In this document: positions 1-13,400 of the stretch, piece by piece
Numbering within the stretch: the first letter of the stretch is position 1
Layout of the letters: each line of letters opens with the position of its first letter
DNA from: Squalus acanthias
Lineage: Eukaryota
Length of the DNA stretch: 64,000 nt
Direction of reading: 5' to 3'
Assembly: GCA_030390025.1 (NCBI GenBank)
Contig: CM059430.1
Span: 153,450,001 to 153,514,000, forward strand
Notes under the pieces: generated by a model
What the model was told of the DNA's origin: nothing
Seen by the model: only the letters and a program-made list of their open reading frames with translations
Database searches by the model: none
Position numbers and translations under genes: made by a program

Positions 1-1266
1 TCGTAATCCCAGAGTGGAGGCCCATTCTTGCATCTCTACTATTACTCCTGGATGAGATCAGCTAACTCGGCACAAATGAAATCTGGTGCCTTTTGATTCC
101 GTTGTACACCTTCATTCATTGAGCCATTTGGGCAACCGTCCACACATTGCACCTGACTTAAATGCTGCACTAAAAAGACCAAAATTGGTTCAAACATGTG
201 GGGTGTTTAGATTTGCCCAAGTTAAAAGGGCAGTACCACATTATTCCAAGGTGAACCCTAGATGGGCCACTTTGGTTAGCTATGAATCTTTCTGCTCATC
301 TTAGAGGCAGCAGGTTAATCTTATGCAGTAATTGTTGAACTAGAATACAGAAGTATGGTAGCTGTAATGCATGATATGAAGTTATTAGTTAAATTTAAAC
401 TGTTAAAGTGAGGTGCTCTACCTTCGTCTACAAGAAAATTATCATTACATTTTTAAATTGTCTCATTAAATCATCAGCATCCTTCACACCCACAGTATAA
501 CTATTTTGGTAGGTTTTGGGAAACCACGTGCTACCATTTATTTGAAAGTGCCATCATGATGATGTAAGTAGGCAGTGCTGTACGTAGTTTCCTTGTCCAT
601 GCCGTATGAAGTCCCAGGGCCTATGTTAAATCATGTATGGCACTGGCTACTAGTGTCAAAATGTACAAATATGTATGGTCATTGCATGGTTTTGACAAAC
701 TATTTTGCTAGAATACACTTTTTTATAGTATGTGGTAGATGCTTATCAATTTGACAAATGGAAGCAAGTCTGCCAAGTAGGTAGATCTGTCTTTGCTCTC
801 TCAAACGGAGGCGCTTCCCATCCCAACCGCCATGTTTGCTTGTCTTGTCTTGTTTGCAGACTGCTCTGGTGATGTCACTGATCTGAAAGAACACCATGTG
901 TTCTGGAGCTGATGCATTGATTGGGGGCGGGGGTGGGGGGCGGTGGGTGCGTCGCTTTGGAGCCGACCTGTAGTGACCCAACCATTGACTGGGTTCACTC
1001 CATCCTTTGCCACTGCTGTGTTTTCCTCTTGTTCGCATCCTAATTGTCAGTTCTGTGTAGTGCTGTTGAAAGCTTGGGAGCAGGCTACCTACCCTCTGTG
1101 CAAGGATGTTGGAAGGAGAATCTAATTGGGGAAAAGATAACTTAAAAGGAGCATTACCCTTACAAAACCTAGGTGTTTGGTTCCCTCCGTGCCAGTGGGT
1201 GTCATTGATTTGCTGCAGTATTCTTGACGTACTTTAATTTTCTTTCTTCGTGTGCATTGTCTGCAG

Positions 1267-1439
1267 GTTGTGTGCTTCTTTATAAGCAGGACTTTACCAA
1301 AAACCTGGGCTTGTGCTGCATCACGTGTGCTTACTGTTCCCAGACCTGTCAGAGGGCAGTGACCAAAGAGCTGGATGGAAATACATGGGATTTCTGTGGA
1401 GAGGAATGTAAAAGCAAATACTTACTGTGGTACTTCAAG
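1267..1439 (+). CDS. ZMYM3: ZMYM3 exon, MYM zinc finger (GCVLLYKQDF...KYLLWYFK)
   Basis: ctgcag| acceptor, |gtcagt donor; CxxC motifs; phase 1 to 0. Confidence 0.93.
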
Positions 1440-4400
1440 GTCAGTAGGAAGTTGCATATCATTAGTTTTCTGGCTCTTGCATTCACCCTCACATCTTACT
1501 TTTTTTTCTCCTCTTCTTTCACCCCTGGGCAAAAGAATTGAAAGTTTTACACCTGTAGACTAGAGGTGTGTGATCAATATTTCAGTGAGTGTACAGATTG
1601 TAGTGGGTGACTTTATTTCCCCCTTCCTAGCCCAGGGGTGCCATGTCCAAGTGTAGTACCCCTATAACTGCCCTGAAAAAAATCGGCTAACTTACCTCGG
1701 ACTGTAGGTTGAAAGTGGCACCTTCATCTTTTGTGTGGCTCGTACCACACCAGGCATCGTTAACTGCTGAGTCTTCAGAGGAGCTAATAAGGTATGGCGT
1801 TTGAAGAATGAATAAAAATAATTGTGATGCAGTGGGTTTGAAATTAAGCTGCCAGCATTGTTCTAATCTTTTGTGATCTGCACTTTTTTTGAAGAGCCTT
1901 TTCATCTATCCAAGCATTCAAGTTATCGCAGCTGTTTCCTGAGTGATTTGTAAAGTTAAGTTAGCTGTATGTACTTTTCACTAGAAAATAAAGTGTTGAG
2001 AGTTTTGCATAGCTAAGGTATGCAAGACTGTATCCCCCCCCTTTATTATTCTTGAAGATATAAATTTATTTGCACCTTCTTAGTTCCTCTTCCCACCCCA
2101 ACCTCCTGGACATACACTGATAAGGATAGTTAAAGATAAAAGTACATGACTGGTTTATAAAGTAAATTTCAACAATATAGTAAGGAATAAGTCCAGATAA
2201 ATTGGAGGGAAAATTGGAAGATCAGGTGCTGGACAATGGGGAAACTCCCCAACAGGAGGTTATTGGGTACAATCTAGATATAATCCCACGAGCAGGCAAG
2301 GAATTGGAGCAATAGCTGAAGTTCCTTGGATGAATAGAGAAATTAAAATTAAAATCAAGCAGAGTGTAGAAATTACAACAGGTAAACAAAAGGATTAGAA
2401 AGGCTGGCCAGTAACGCAAGAAATAGTAAGGGATTTTATAAACACAAGTTTAAAAAAAAAAAAGTTACAGAATAGGCGGATGAAGGAATGGTGCAGATAC
2501 TAAATTAGTACTTTGCCTTGACTTTCACAGAAATGAAAAGGTACCAGTGGAGGAGTTGGAGCAATTAGATTGGATAAATGTAGACAGTGAAGTTTTTTTT
2601 AAAAAGTTGATCGAACCCAAAAGTGCGAATAGAAGTGGACCCTGCTCGCTTGCATCCTAGAATGCTGAGGGAAGTCTGAGAGGAAATAGCAGCTCGGACC
2701 AGTGTTTCAAAGCTTTTGGATATAGAGTTTGTGCCAAAGAACTGGATAAAATGATAAAAGTTAAGGTTCACAGTGTTAAAAGAAAATGTGTCAGCATGGA
2801 TAATTTAAAATATAGAAAGTAGAGAGTAGTTACTAATGTATTATTTTGTATATAGTGATGTCTCCCACAGGTCAGTGTTCTTAAAATTATATAAGATGCA
2901 TATATTATTTATATATAACATTTGAGCTCTGGACTTGAGTATAGGGGCCACAATATCAAAAGCTGTAGGTGACACATTAGGGAGCTTGGCTAAATTGTTT
3001 AGAAGACTCCAGGAAGGTATAGTTAGGCCAATAGATTTGGCAGATAATGAGAGATCTTACATTTTGCAAGGAAGCATAATAGGAAATATACATTAAAATG
3101 TAGAACTTTAAAAGGTGTACATGAGCAGCGAGACTTGGGAATTCAGATATACAAATCTTTATAAGTAGAAGGACAAGTTGATTTGAGCTTTAAAAAAAAA
3201 GCATGCAAAATCCTAGGTTTTGTAAGTGGAGGCACAAGAGTATAAACTTGCACAAATCATTGGTTAAGCTGCAATTAGAACATTGTGTCCAGTTTTGGGT
3301 GCTCTACTTGAGGAAGGATGCCAAATCCTTGGAGGGGATACAGAAGTGATTCACTGAGATGATGTCGGTGATGAGAGGCTTTAGTTATGAGGATGGACTA
3401 ATGAAACAGGAGATGTGATAAGTGTACTCAGAATTAAGGGGTTCGATAAGGTAAGCAGGGGAAATAAAAATGATACGATTGGTTGGTGAATTGATAACGG
3501 GGTGGGGGGAAAACATTTAAAATCACAAAAAAAGCAATAAGAGCAAAGGTTTTTTTAAACTGAGGGTTTCAATTGTGGAAGGCTTTTAAAAAGGAAGTCC
3601 ATAAATAAGTGAAAAAGAAAAATTTAGAAAGGTACGGGGTAAGGGCAGGGAAATAGGACTAAGTAAATAGCTCTTTCAGAAAACCGGCACAGGAACATTG
3701 GGCCGAATGGCCTCCTGTGCTGTAAAATTATTTGGTTTAATGGTTGAGCAGGTGAGTTCCTTCTAGGCCACTTCTAATGCCAGTGTATCAGTGAAGATGC
3801 AAGTGGCCTGGGGGATAGCTCTGGGAGCTTCTGCTTGACTGAAGAGCTCAAAGGACAAACTTGTGAGTAGGTAATGGTCAACCTCGAGCCATGTTTTTTG
3901 CACCATGTGGTGGGCCATGATGTAATGCTGCGATACATATTTTAAAACCTTTTTTATGTTGTCAAAAAAGGAAGAAAAATTTGAAAAAAAATACTCATTG
4001 TGCTATAGTCCAAGAAAATCTGTTCTATTGTAATGTTACATGTCCTGACATTAGCTACCTTGGCGGTTTAAAAAAAATCTATCTTCCGCTGTTTCTCCAC
4101 AGGCGTATTGTGAACCTGGATTACGCAGCCAGCCTTAAACAGAGGCACGGATATTTTCTTACAGATGATAGTGTTGTAATTAGGACATTGAATTTCACCA
4201 TCTTGTCATTCAGACTTGGCAACAAATCTTACCTTTTTCCCCCTTCCTCACAGAGTAATGGATCTGTGGAACAGACTCCTGGCAAAAGCAGTTAATGGTG
4301 TCGATTAACTCCATCAGAATAAAAGGCTGGATAAGTATCTGGCTAGGAATGCGATTTAAGGTTATAGAGATAGGTACAGACAGAGATCATCAAATGCTCC

Positions 4401-7400
4401 ATGGAACACGGTGGTTCCTGTGCTGCTGGGACCATGAAAATGTCATCTGCGGAGAGCAACTGGCCAGGTTTGAGTGACTGTGGATAGATATTGTGGAGGC
4501 ATGTTCAACCTTCTTGGGGGTGGGGAGAAATTTTGCAGAACTTTCCCTCAGGTCATTAAATAAACGTGGTAGAGCCCGTGATAGGGCAGGTTGTACATGG
4601 TCTGTGGAAGGAGCAGGCTTGATGGACTGAATGGCCTTTTTCTCGTTCCATGCTTTGTGTTAACAGCTGTGACCTGCCTTGTGCAACATGTTTGTTTGGG
4701 TGCGGAAGGTGACTGCTTCCTAATTGTTCACTGTGTCCTTCAGGTAGCCAGATGCCATGCCTGCAAACGTCAGGGCAAGCTTCTGGAAACGGTACACTGG
4801 CGCGGGGAAATTAAACACTTCTGCAACCAGCAATGCCTCTTGCGCTTCTACAGTCAGCAAAACCAGCCCAATCTAGCGACGCAGAAGGGACCTGAAAGTC
4901 TGCTCAACAGTAAGTGGGTAGAGAAAGCCGCATGTTGTAGGCAGTGGACGTAATAAACTAGTAGAGAAATTACACCACAGTACCAAATGGTGCTTTGCTA
5001 ACTACGGAATTAATAGTTGTTGATCTGTTAGCCATTTCACAGCAACCATTGGGACGTGATCGCTTGACTATTCTTAGCTGATGTTTGCGAGTTCTAATCT
5101 TCGCTGTATCAGCTGTTACCTGTGCATCTCTGTAAACTTGCAGTAATTGTGTCATTATAGGTAATTCTTCATTCACTCTGTGCGTAATTGCACATCAGTG
5201 ATCTAGTGCTTTGCCACCCAGTGTTCTCACTATTGGGCGCTGGATGAAAGCAGACTCTAAACTGAATAAAATTATGTGATAAACTTGGCAGTATATGTTT
5301 GTTTTGAAGAAGAGGCAAATGCAAGAATGATAACAGCCAATAATTCAACGTCCCTCTTCAGATAAATACGTAAACTGCAACAGCTTTGCTTTTGCTGTTC
5401 TGAACTTCTCAGATTATTGCCTTTATAATTGCACTCTCCCACGTATTTTCTCACGGATACATTTTCTTCTTCTGGGGAAGGGGCAGCATGACCTCCACTT
5501 GCGCAAAAGAATTAAATCCATGTGTGCTGTTTGCACATCCACTTGTATGAAATTATTTTTTCTTTGTCATTAGTTTTTTTTTAAAAAGCTGCTGTTTCTT
5601 CCATTACTTAGTTGGGAAGTCTCACACTCATTGATTGGGGGTGGGGAGAGGGCGATGGTGCCTGACTAGATCTATCATCCTGACTGCAGAGGTGCTCGAG
5701 TGGTTCAGTGATGGCCAATGTTCCCTTAATTTTTTTAACGGGCTGCGCGGCTCATTCAAATTACAGCGCATATGCGGTTTTTCGATTGATAACTCGGCTG
5801 TGGGGGAACCCTGGAGCGCTGCTCGGCCGTGCAGCTTACAGGGGACATTGGTCTGCAGAGGATGCTAATTTTCCACCTCAAATGTGAATCTCCTGACCTC
5901 CGTGTAAAAGAAATTTATTTATGCAGGACTTTTCACAACCTAAGGATGTCCGAAAGCACTTCATAGCCGAGCAATTAGTTTTTGAAATGTAGTTGTTAAA
6001 CAGCAGTCAATTTGACCATAGCAAGGTCCCACAAGTGCAATGAGATAAATGACCAGTTAATCTGTGTTTGTCAGTGCTGGTTGGTGGCTAAATGTTGACC
6101 AGGACAGCAGAAGAATTTGTCTGTACTTCAAATAGTGCCATGATATCTTTTACGTGAATAGGCAGGGCCTCTGTTTAATGTTTCATCCAAAACACAGCAC
6201 CTCTGACAATGCAGCATTCCTTCACTGGAGTGTTGGCCCTGATTATGTGCTCAAATCTGAAGTGGGATTTGAACTCGCAATCTTGTGGCTCGGAGGTGAG
6301 AATGCTACCACTGAGCCAAGCTGGCATCTGTAGTTTATGTAGTGTCTCAGTACACTTTGTGACCTCATGTAAGTTGAAATTGCAGTGAGATACTAACGTA
6401 CAAGCTTATCTGAAATTCCTCTCTGTTTCAGCAGAGGCGTTAACCCATTTATTTTAAACTGGTTAATTCCGCCGCTAAAATAGTGGAGAGAGATGTTTTG
6501 TGCATTTGCGTTGTGTTTGTTATTATACCACACTATAATTTCAGCGCCTTGGGTTTTAACATTTCACACTTCAGAAGTAGGACTCGTTTAAATATTTTTA
6601 TTTAATAATTAGAACTTTCCATCAAGTGTGTGCACAATTGCTGGTTCAACTCCCTAATCACTGCACAAAAGTCATAGCATTAGTACAAGTAGAGAGCTTT
6701 TGAAAAGGCATGCAGCTGTTAAAGTAAGCAGCTTCTTTTCTGGGGGGGGCATCCCTTAATCAGATCTCAGTGTGACTGGTTAAAACAAAAATTGGGCTAT
6801 TTAGTTTAGCGACTTTTTAACACTTATAAATGATTTTCACATTTTTGTCCTGTCTTCCTTATTTACTCATTTTTCTTTGCTGAAGATGGCGACTCATGCT
6901 GGAGTTTGGTTCCTCAGATGACAGCAGCCCTCCATTAACTTGTGAACATTGGCAAGATGTTCTGATTGTTGGTGGGGCAATAATAGAGCTTTGCCTAACT
7001 TCCACTCTGTCATCACAGATGAGCATTTCTAGCAGGGTTTGCTAGATTGTGGTGCAGCATTTACGGAATAATGGCTGTTTTTCAGCTGTTTCTTTCCCCT
7101 TGCCCTAAAGCTGGGAATCTATATTTAGTACCTCTACTTTTGTCCTGGCTCCGATTGCAAAGAATAGGAACTCACGGCTGGTACCATACCACATCGTACT
7201 TTTCCTAAAAATTTACTGAGGACTTTGCCTCTTATTGTTTGTCTCTGCAGTTGAGAGAGTAATGAATAAATATCTTGTAATGCTGTATGTGTGTCTAGAA
7301 ATAAAGAAAAATCTATAAATGCTGGAAATACAGCTGGGCTGTCAATGTCTGTAAAGTGAAAAGATAAATTTATGTTTCAGATACAAACCCTCCATCAGAA

Positions 7401-10400
7401 CTTTTCTAATGAAAGGTCCACAAAATGTTAACATATATCTTTTCTATTTACAAATGCTGATGGACATGCTATTTATGATTTTATTTTGTGCTTCATTATA
7501 TTCACATAATATACAGAATTATGGATAGTAGGAGTGAGAAAGCTGCCATTTGCTCCAGGGGTTCAGATAACCACTTTGTCTGAACTCTCGGAACAAATGA
7601 GAGCTACACCCCAACTTTGAAAACAAATTAATAATGTTAAAAAGGAGGTCTGAAATGACATTGAATTAAGACTGACACTGATATCAGTCCTGCCGAACAG
7701 TACAGTACATCATCCCATTACAGGAAACTCTTTATTAACCGGGACGGTGCCGGTTAATCAAAAAGTCCGGATAATGGAGAGTTATATCTCCCAACGTACG
7801 AGAGCCCCGTACACATTGACATGCGCCTGCGTTCGGAGCTCCGTCTCCCCGGGGACCGCCAGCTGACCATCTGTCGTGTCCGCTGCCTACCCGGGCTGCA
7901 CATTCCCCTCCCAATCTGCACGCTCCGATACAAGGCAAACGCTTCGGGGTTTTTTTAAAGTTAATTTTAAACGAGAGATGAAGGAAAACCCCGGTTACCT
8001 ACTCAAGAATTTTGCCGGTTAGAGAGATTTCTGGATATTTGGGTGCCGGTTAATAAAGAGTTTCCTGTATTAGGGCTTTGTGTATGTTAGTGGTGTTAAC
8101 TAGAATTTCAGGGAAGTATAGTACAGGGCATTTGTATAATGCCCACTTCAGTTGTGAAAAATAACCAGTGCCATTTTGGATTTTATCCTTCCGAAGTTGG
8201 GTGGTGTCTAGAGAGAACATTTTGAGCAGTGAAGTACTGATGGTTACAGGCATGACACTGGTGGTAGTCATGGGAACAATTTGAGATGATGAATTTGGAG
8301 TAACAAACGAGTAATGTACAGCACAGCAGTGAAGTATATTGGCTTAAGTGCAATTTTCTTTTTACACTTCCTTTCATCCTAGTGTATTAGTACCAACATA
8401 CTAAATGAGTGTAGTGACAACACTGTCAAATCCATGGTAGATTCTCCAAATCCAGATGCATTGGATTAGGATCAATTAGTGAAGGCTGTGAAATAAAATA
8501 CTTTGGCAATCGGAAGAAAAAATGATTGCAGTTCTTCGTATAAAATTTGCTCCTTTTAAAGAAACTTAAGTTAATGCAGATGTGATATGTTAGATAAACA
8601 GTACATAGGCCAGGAATTTGCGGTGGGTAATAACAGCAAACGAACAGTGTTCGCTGTATTACTCCTTTGAAACTGACCGCAACTTCAGGATTTAGCGCAT
8701 GCACATCCTAGCGCGGAAATCCTGAAGTTGCGGTCAGTCATTCACTGCTCCGACACTGGCTGTGCTGTGTGGCCCTTTCCCCATAGCCAGCAATCCGTGT
8801 AATCAGGGAAATTGACAAACTTTGGCTCTTCCGCGGTAATACCCTCCAAGTCACACACCATCCTGACTTAGATGTATATCGCCGATCCTTCATCGTCGCT
8901 GGGTCAAAATCCTGGAACTCCCTACCTAACAGCACTGTAGGAGTACCTTCACCACACGGACTACAGCGGTTCAAGGCGGCTCACCACCACCTTCTCGAGG
9001 GCAATTAGGGATGGGCAATAAATGCTGGCTTTGCCAGCGATGCCCACATCCCATAAACTAATAAAAAAAAAAATACCCCATTAAAAGTTAGACCCTTTTG
9101 GATTAGGTGTAACTGGGGTTTTAACAGCAGATTGACTGCTAAACAAACATTATGACGCTGAAAAACTAATTTTAATCTTGTGGCGTGTGAAATTTATTCA
9201 TTTTAATTTAAAAAAAAAAAAATTTTTAAGGAACTTTAAACAAAAAAAAATATATTTTTAAAAAGTTTGTTCATCTTTATTTCAGGTTTACCTTTTCCCC
9301 ATGTGAGAGCTCAAACCTTTGTTTTAAACATTTTTTTAAAGTTAGATTCAAAGGCGCTTACTCACTTGGTTCTCCGGTCTGTGAGAATTCTGCACTGTGA
9401 TTGGCTGCATAGACAGCTTGTTGACATCACAGCAGCTCACGCTATGGGATTCCCACTAAACTACGCTAATTTCCATTGCACATTGGAAAAGCCAAAATTC
9501 TCGCCACAGAGATGGAAATCTTTGTGGGTAGCTTGCTTCGGGGCCAGCAGCGAACGCCTTTGCTTCGCCGCTGACTGCGAATTATGGGCCTTTGTTGAAG
9601 ATTGCCTTTGAATCGCCACACAATCGGTTTCTCTATGGAGGGTTGTGTCCAAAGGACTGCTTGCTCCTAGGAAATGCTCTGCAATGATCTTACACCCTAA
9701 ATTTGTAGAACTCCGGTTTAAAGCTGTATTTGGAAGCCCAGCAACAGTTTGGTTGTAGTGAAGAGATGTCTTCTAATCTGTGCTCCTTTGTTGATACTGG
9801 CACTAAAATATACACACTGCAAATGGTACAGCATCTGTATTTGAAATCTGTAGCCAATTCTGCATTCCATCCAAGATTTTAATTGTAAATGAAAGAATAT
9901 GTTGCAGTCAAGACTGAGATGCGATTAAGTAGCTCCACGTTGGGTTGACTGAACAACTATCGAATGACTGTCAACGCCAGCATAACTAAAAAGAACGACT
10001 TGCATTTATATAGCGTCTTTCACAACCACCGTCTCAAAGCGCTTTACAGCCAATGAAGTACTTTTGAAGTGTAGTCACTGTTGTAATGTGGGAAACGCGG
10101 CAGCCAATTTGTGCTCAGCAAGGTCCCACAAACAGCAACGTGGTAATGACCAGATAATCTGTTTAGTGGATATTTAGCATTTCCCTACTGCTAGTGACTT
10201 GAATGTTATTTAAATGAGTGAATGCAATTTTCCTGTAATGGGCAGTAAAATAAAACCCAATATCACTTTAGTTTAAATTACGTGGCTTGCATGTGGAAGC
10301 AGATTTATTTAGTCAGTCACATGACGCACTGGCGTCAGGAGACCCCCATGAATTCCATTTGCACATGTCAATGTGAGCAACAGTGTGTTGGAGTATGGAT

Positions 10401-13400
10401 CAAGAATACAATTTATCTGGGTTCAGGTGACATTGTAATTCTGCAGAGCTTCACTTTCATGGTTTAGGATAGCACCTGAACCTCTTAAGGTATTCCCGCC
10501 TTGTAGCACACCACAACCTATGTTTACTCATGAGTAAAGTAAATATTGTAGTGGGGGTACTGTACAGCAATGTAAGATTTTTATGGCATTTGTCTTGCAT
10601 GGTCCATGACTCAAGTGTTGATACTAGATGGACAAAATCGGGGGTGGGATGGGGGGAAATGGGTCTCCCATTCTTCAATGACTGACACCCAGAGGAGCAA
10701 AAAAATTACAAAAATATTTGGAGCGGTGAGGAATGGGATATAGCGGACAAAAATTATGTTTCTATAACCAGGCAAATATGAAAGGATGTTTCTCCTGCCC
10801 TCGATACATTGCGCATCTCCTGATTTATCAATGAGGATCATGTTTCATTCGTGCCAGCTGCTATTGGCCTGATGTTGCAGGCAAAGCTCTCGGCTGCTCT
10901 CGTTAATTGCCTTGCTTGGAGCATTACCGCCAGGAGGTTGCATGTAATATTGGGAGTTGGGAACCAGTGCAAGTGACTGAGGATCATCCTTTGAGCCATG
11001 TAAGGCATACAAGCGTTGTGTAAAGAGGATAGGGTAGAAAAGCCTTTAATTTACCTTGTGACTGCTAGTGTAACAACACTTTAATAGGGTAACCTCTTTA
11101 TTAAAATAGGACAATGGAATATATTAATATCCACAGTTGGTTTTTGAGTCGGCTGTCCTTGAATTTCTAAAATATTAACTAGGCACAAAAGAGCTTTTTC
11201 CACTTACCTCTGTGCTTCATTAATTAGAGACAGTTTTTTTCAGTTTTTGATGAATTGTCATTGGCGAAGCAAACCCCACTTTTGGACTCCCAATTTTGGA
11301 CTTGGGAAAAGGTTTGCAGCCATACCTCCAGGCCACTGACCCAGCACAATAAGAGGTGAATGATACACTGACAAGTTTACAGGTGCCTCCCTTTTTATAA
11401 TTGGGAGCAGTTTATTTATCTTTAACAAGTGTTCCTGCAGAATGACTTTGACACTGCAGTGTATGTCCCCATTTCCAGAGTGTTACCCATCCCCAATGAT
11501 TGTGATGACTTTTAGCTCTGCCCAAGTTTGAAATGGATATATAATATTTTGGTTAAATGTGTTTTTATTGAATTTGTGCTTGCAGTCTGTGTAAGTGGTA
11601 AAATTAAGTTTCTTTTGTTGTGTTGTTCAGGTTTTTGCATGCAATCTCTATTGAGTAGGTTTAGCAATACCTAGTTCCAATTTAAATCTTCTTCCACTTT
11701 GCCCCAATTAAATCTCAGTTTACAGCTAACGTGGGTTGAATTGTAGTTTTATGCAGTGGGCTCATGCCTGGTAGGTACTTGGTTGAACTGCACCAGACTC
11801 ATTTTACTTAACTTGTTTCAGGTGGCACAGAGTCGTGACCTTTTACTCCCATTGGTCTGAGCTGAATTCAAATCCAAATCCCAGATGTTAGAGTGTGCGC
11901 CCCACGGTCCTCTTGAACCTGTTCATTCAGCTACCAACATTTAAAAAATATTTTTTTAATGGTTTCATTTAGTTACGCTAACAAAATGTATTGAACATTT
12001 ATAATTATATTTCAAAAATGAGAAATAATTAGCATATTTGTGTTTTGTCCCAGAAACTGTGTTTGGTCGTACGCCATGCACATGTTGCACAACTCGCGCA
12101 GACTAGTGCAAGTACAGAGATGTGCAGTAGTGACCTCAAACGACTTCCACATTATTATGTGGATGATTTTTGAAAAAAAAATAACAACTTATTGAGGTTT
12201 TGTAAACATGCACACCCACAAATGTGCACACTCTCAAACGTGCACAGTCACAAACATCGGCTCAGTTTGTTTCAAACAATCTGTGTCTTTTGTTTGCAGA
12301 TGAGGCGCAGGAGTCTAAGAATGCGACGTCTCCGACTCCCTCTCCGACTCCCTCTCCCACGAAATTTGAAGTAAGTAAAGTTTTTTTTGTTTTGAATGAT
12401 CTTCCACCTACCACAAGAGTGGATTGAAGTGTGTTTTTTTTTGTTACCATTTTAACTCCACATTCAGTGTGCTTCCTCCCATGCTCCGGGTGCTAGCTGA
12501 ACAGTTGAGAGATTGAACTCTGAATGCCTGAGGTAAGTGCATCCATATTCCATTCATAACTTTACAAAAAAAAAATGGTTCCAGAATTAGAGAAAAGTTG
12601 CCATGGAAATTGGATGCACTCTGTACACTCCAGGCATATTGAGCATGTTATCAAAGGTCAAGAAATCAAATTTTATCATTTTTAAATCACCTAAGTCTTA
12701 ATCCTTTATTTTTGTTTTTGCTTTGTGTTACTCTACAGAATGTGAAATTTTGTTTCTGGTTTTGTGTAACAGCTACCTAAACATACTGGATACAAACAAA
12801 TGTAAGAAAGCATTGAACAAGAAAAGACTATATGGCTTATCAAGCTCACTTCCTCCACAGACCGTGTACAATCTGTCCTGTGATGGATTCCATGCCAGCA
12901 GTGTAATCATAAGAGGGAAAGTTCTGCAAAATATCGTATGGTCTCCAATGATAGTTGAATAAAACTCCACAGTTTCTGCCTTGTATTTGTATTACTCGTT
13001 CAAAAGTAGTCAGCTGCCCTCCACAGTCCCAGCACTGCAAGAACCACTCTGTTCCATGGAGCATTTGATTTATCTTTGTGCTTATCCTATCGTCAAACCC
13101 ATTATTAACCATTTATTTTATATAACTTTTATTTATTAAGGAGTTAATCAGCAAAGCATTGGTAAAAAGCAGTGTGAATGCTGAATATCTGAAATAAAAA
13201 CAAAAAAATGCTGGAAACGTACAGCAGGCCATTCAACATCTGAAAGAGAAAAATAGGTAAAGTTTCAGATTTGACTCTTCATCAGAACTGTGTATTTAAG
13301 CATATTTTGTTTGTATTTCAGTTTGTAAAGCATTAACTGCTTTTATTGGGAGTCTCTTGCACATATTCACTGCCCTGGGAAGAGGGAAATGACATTGAGC

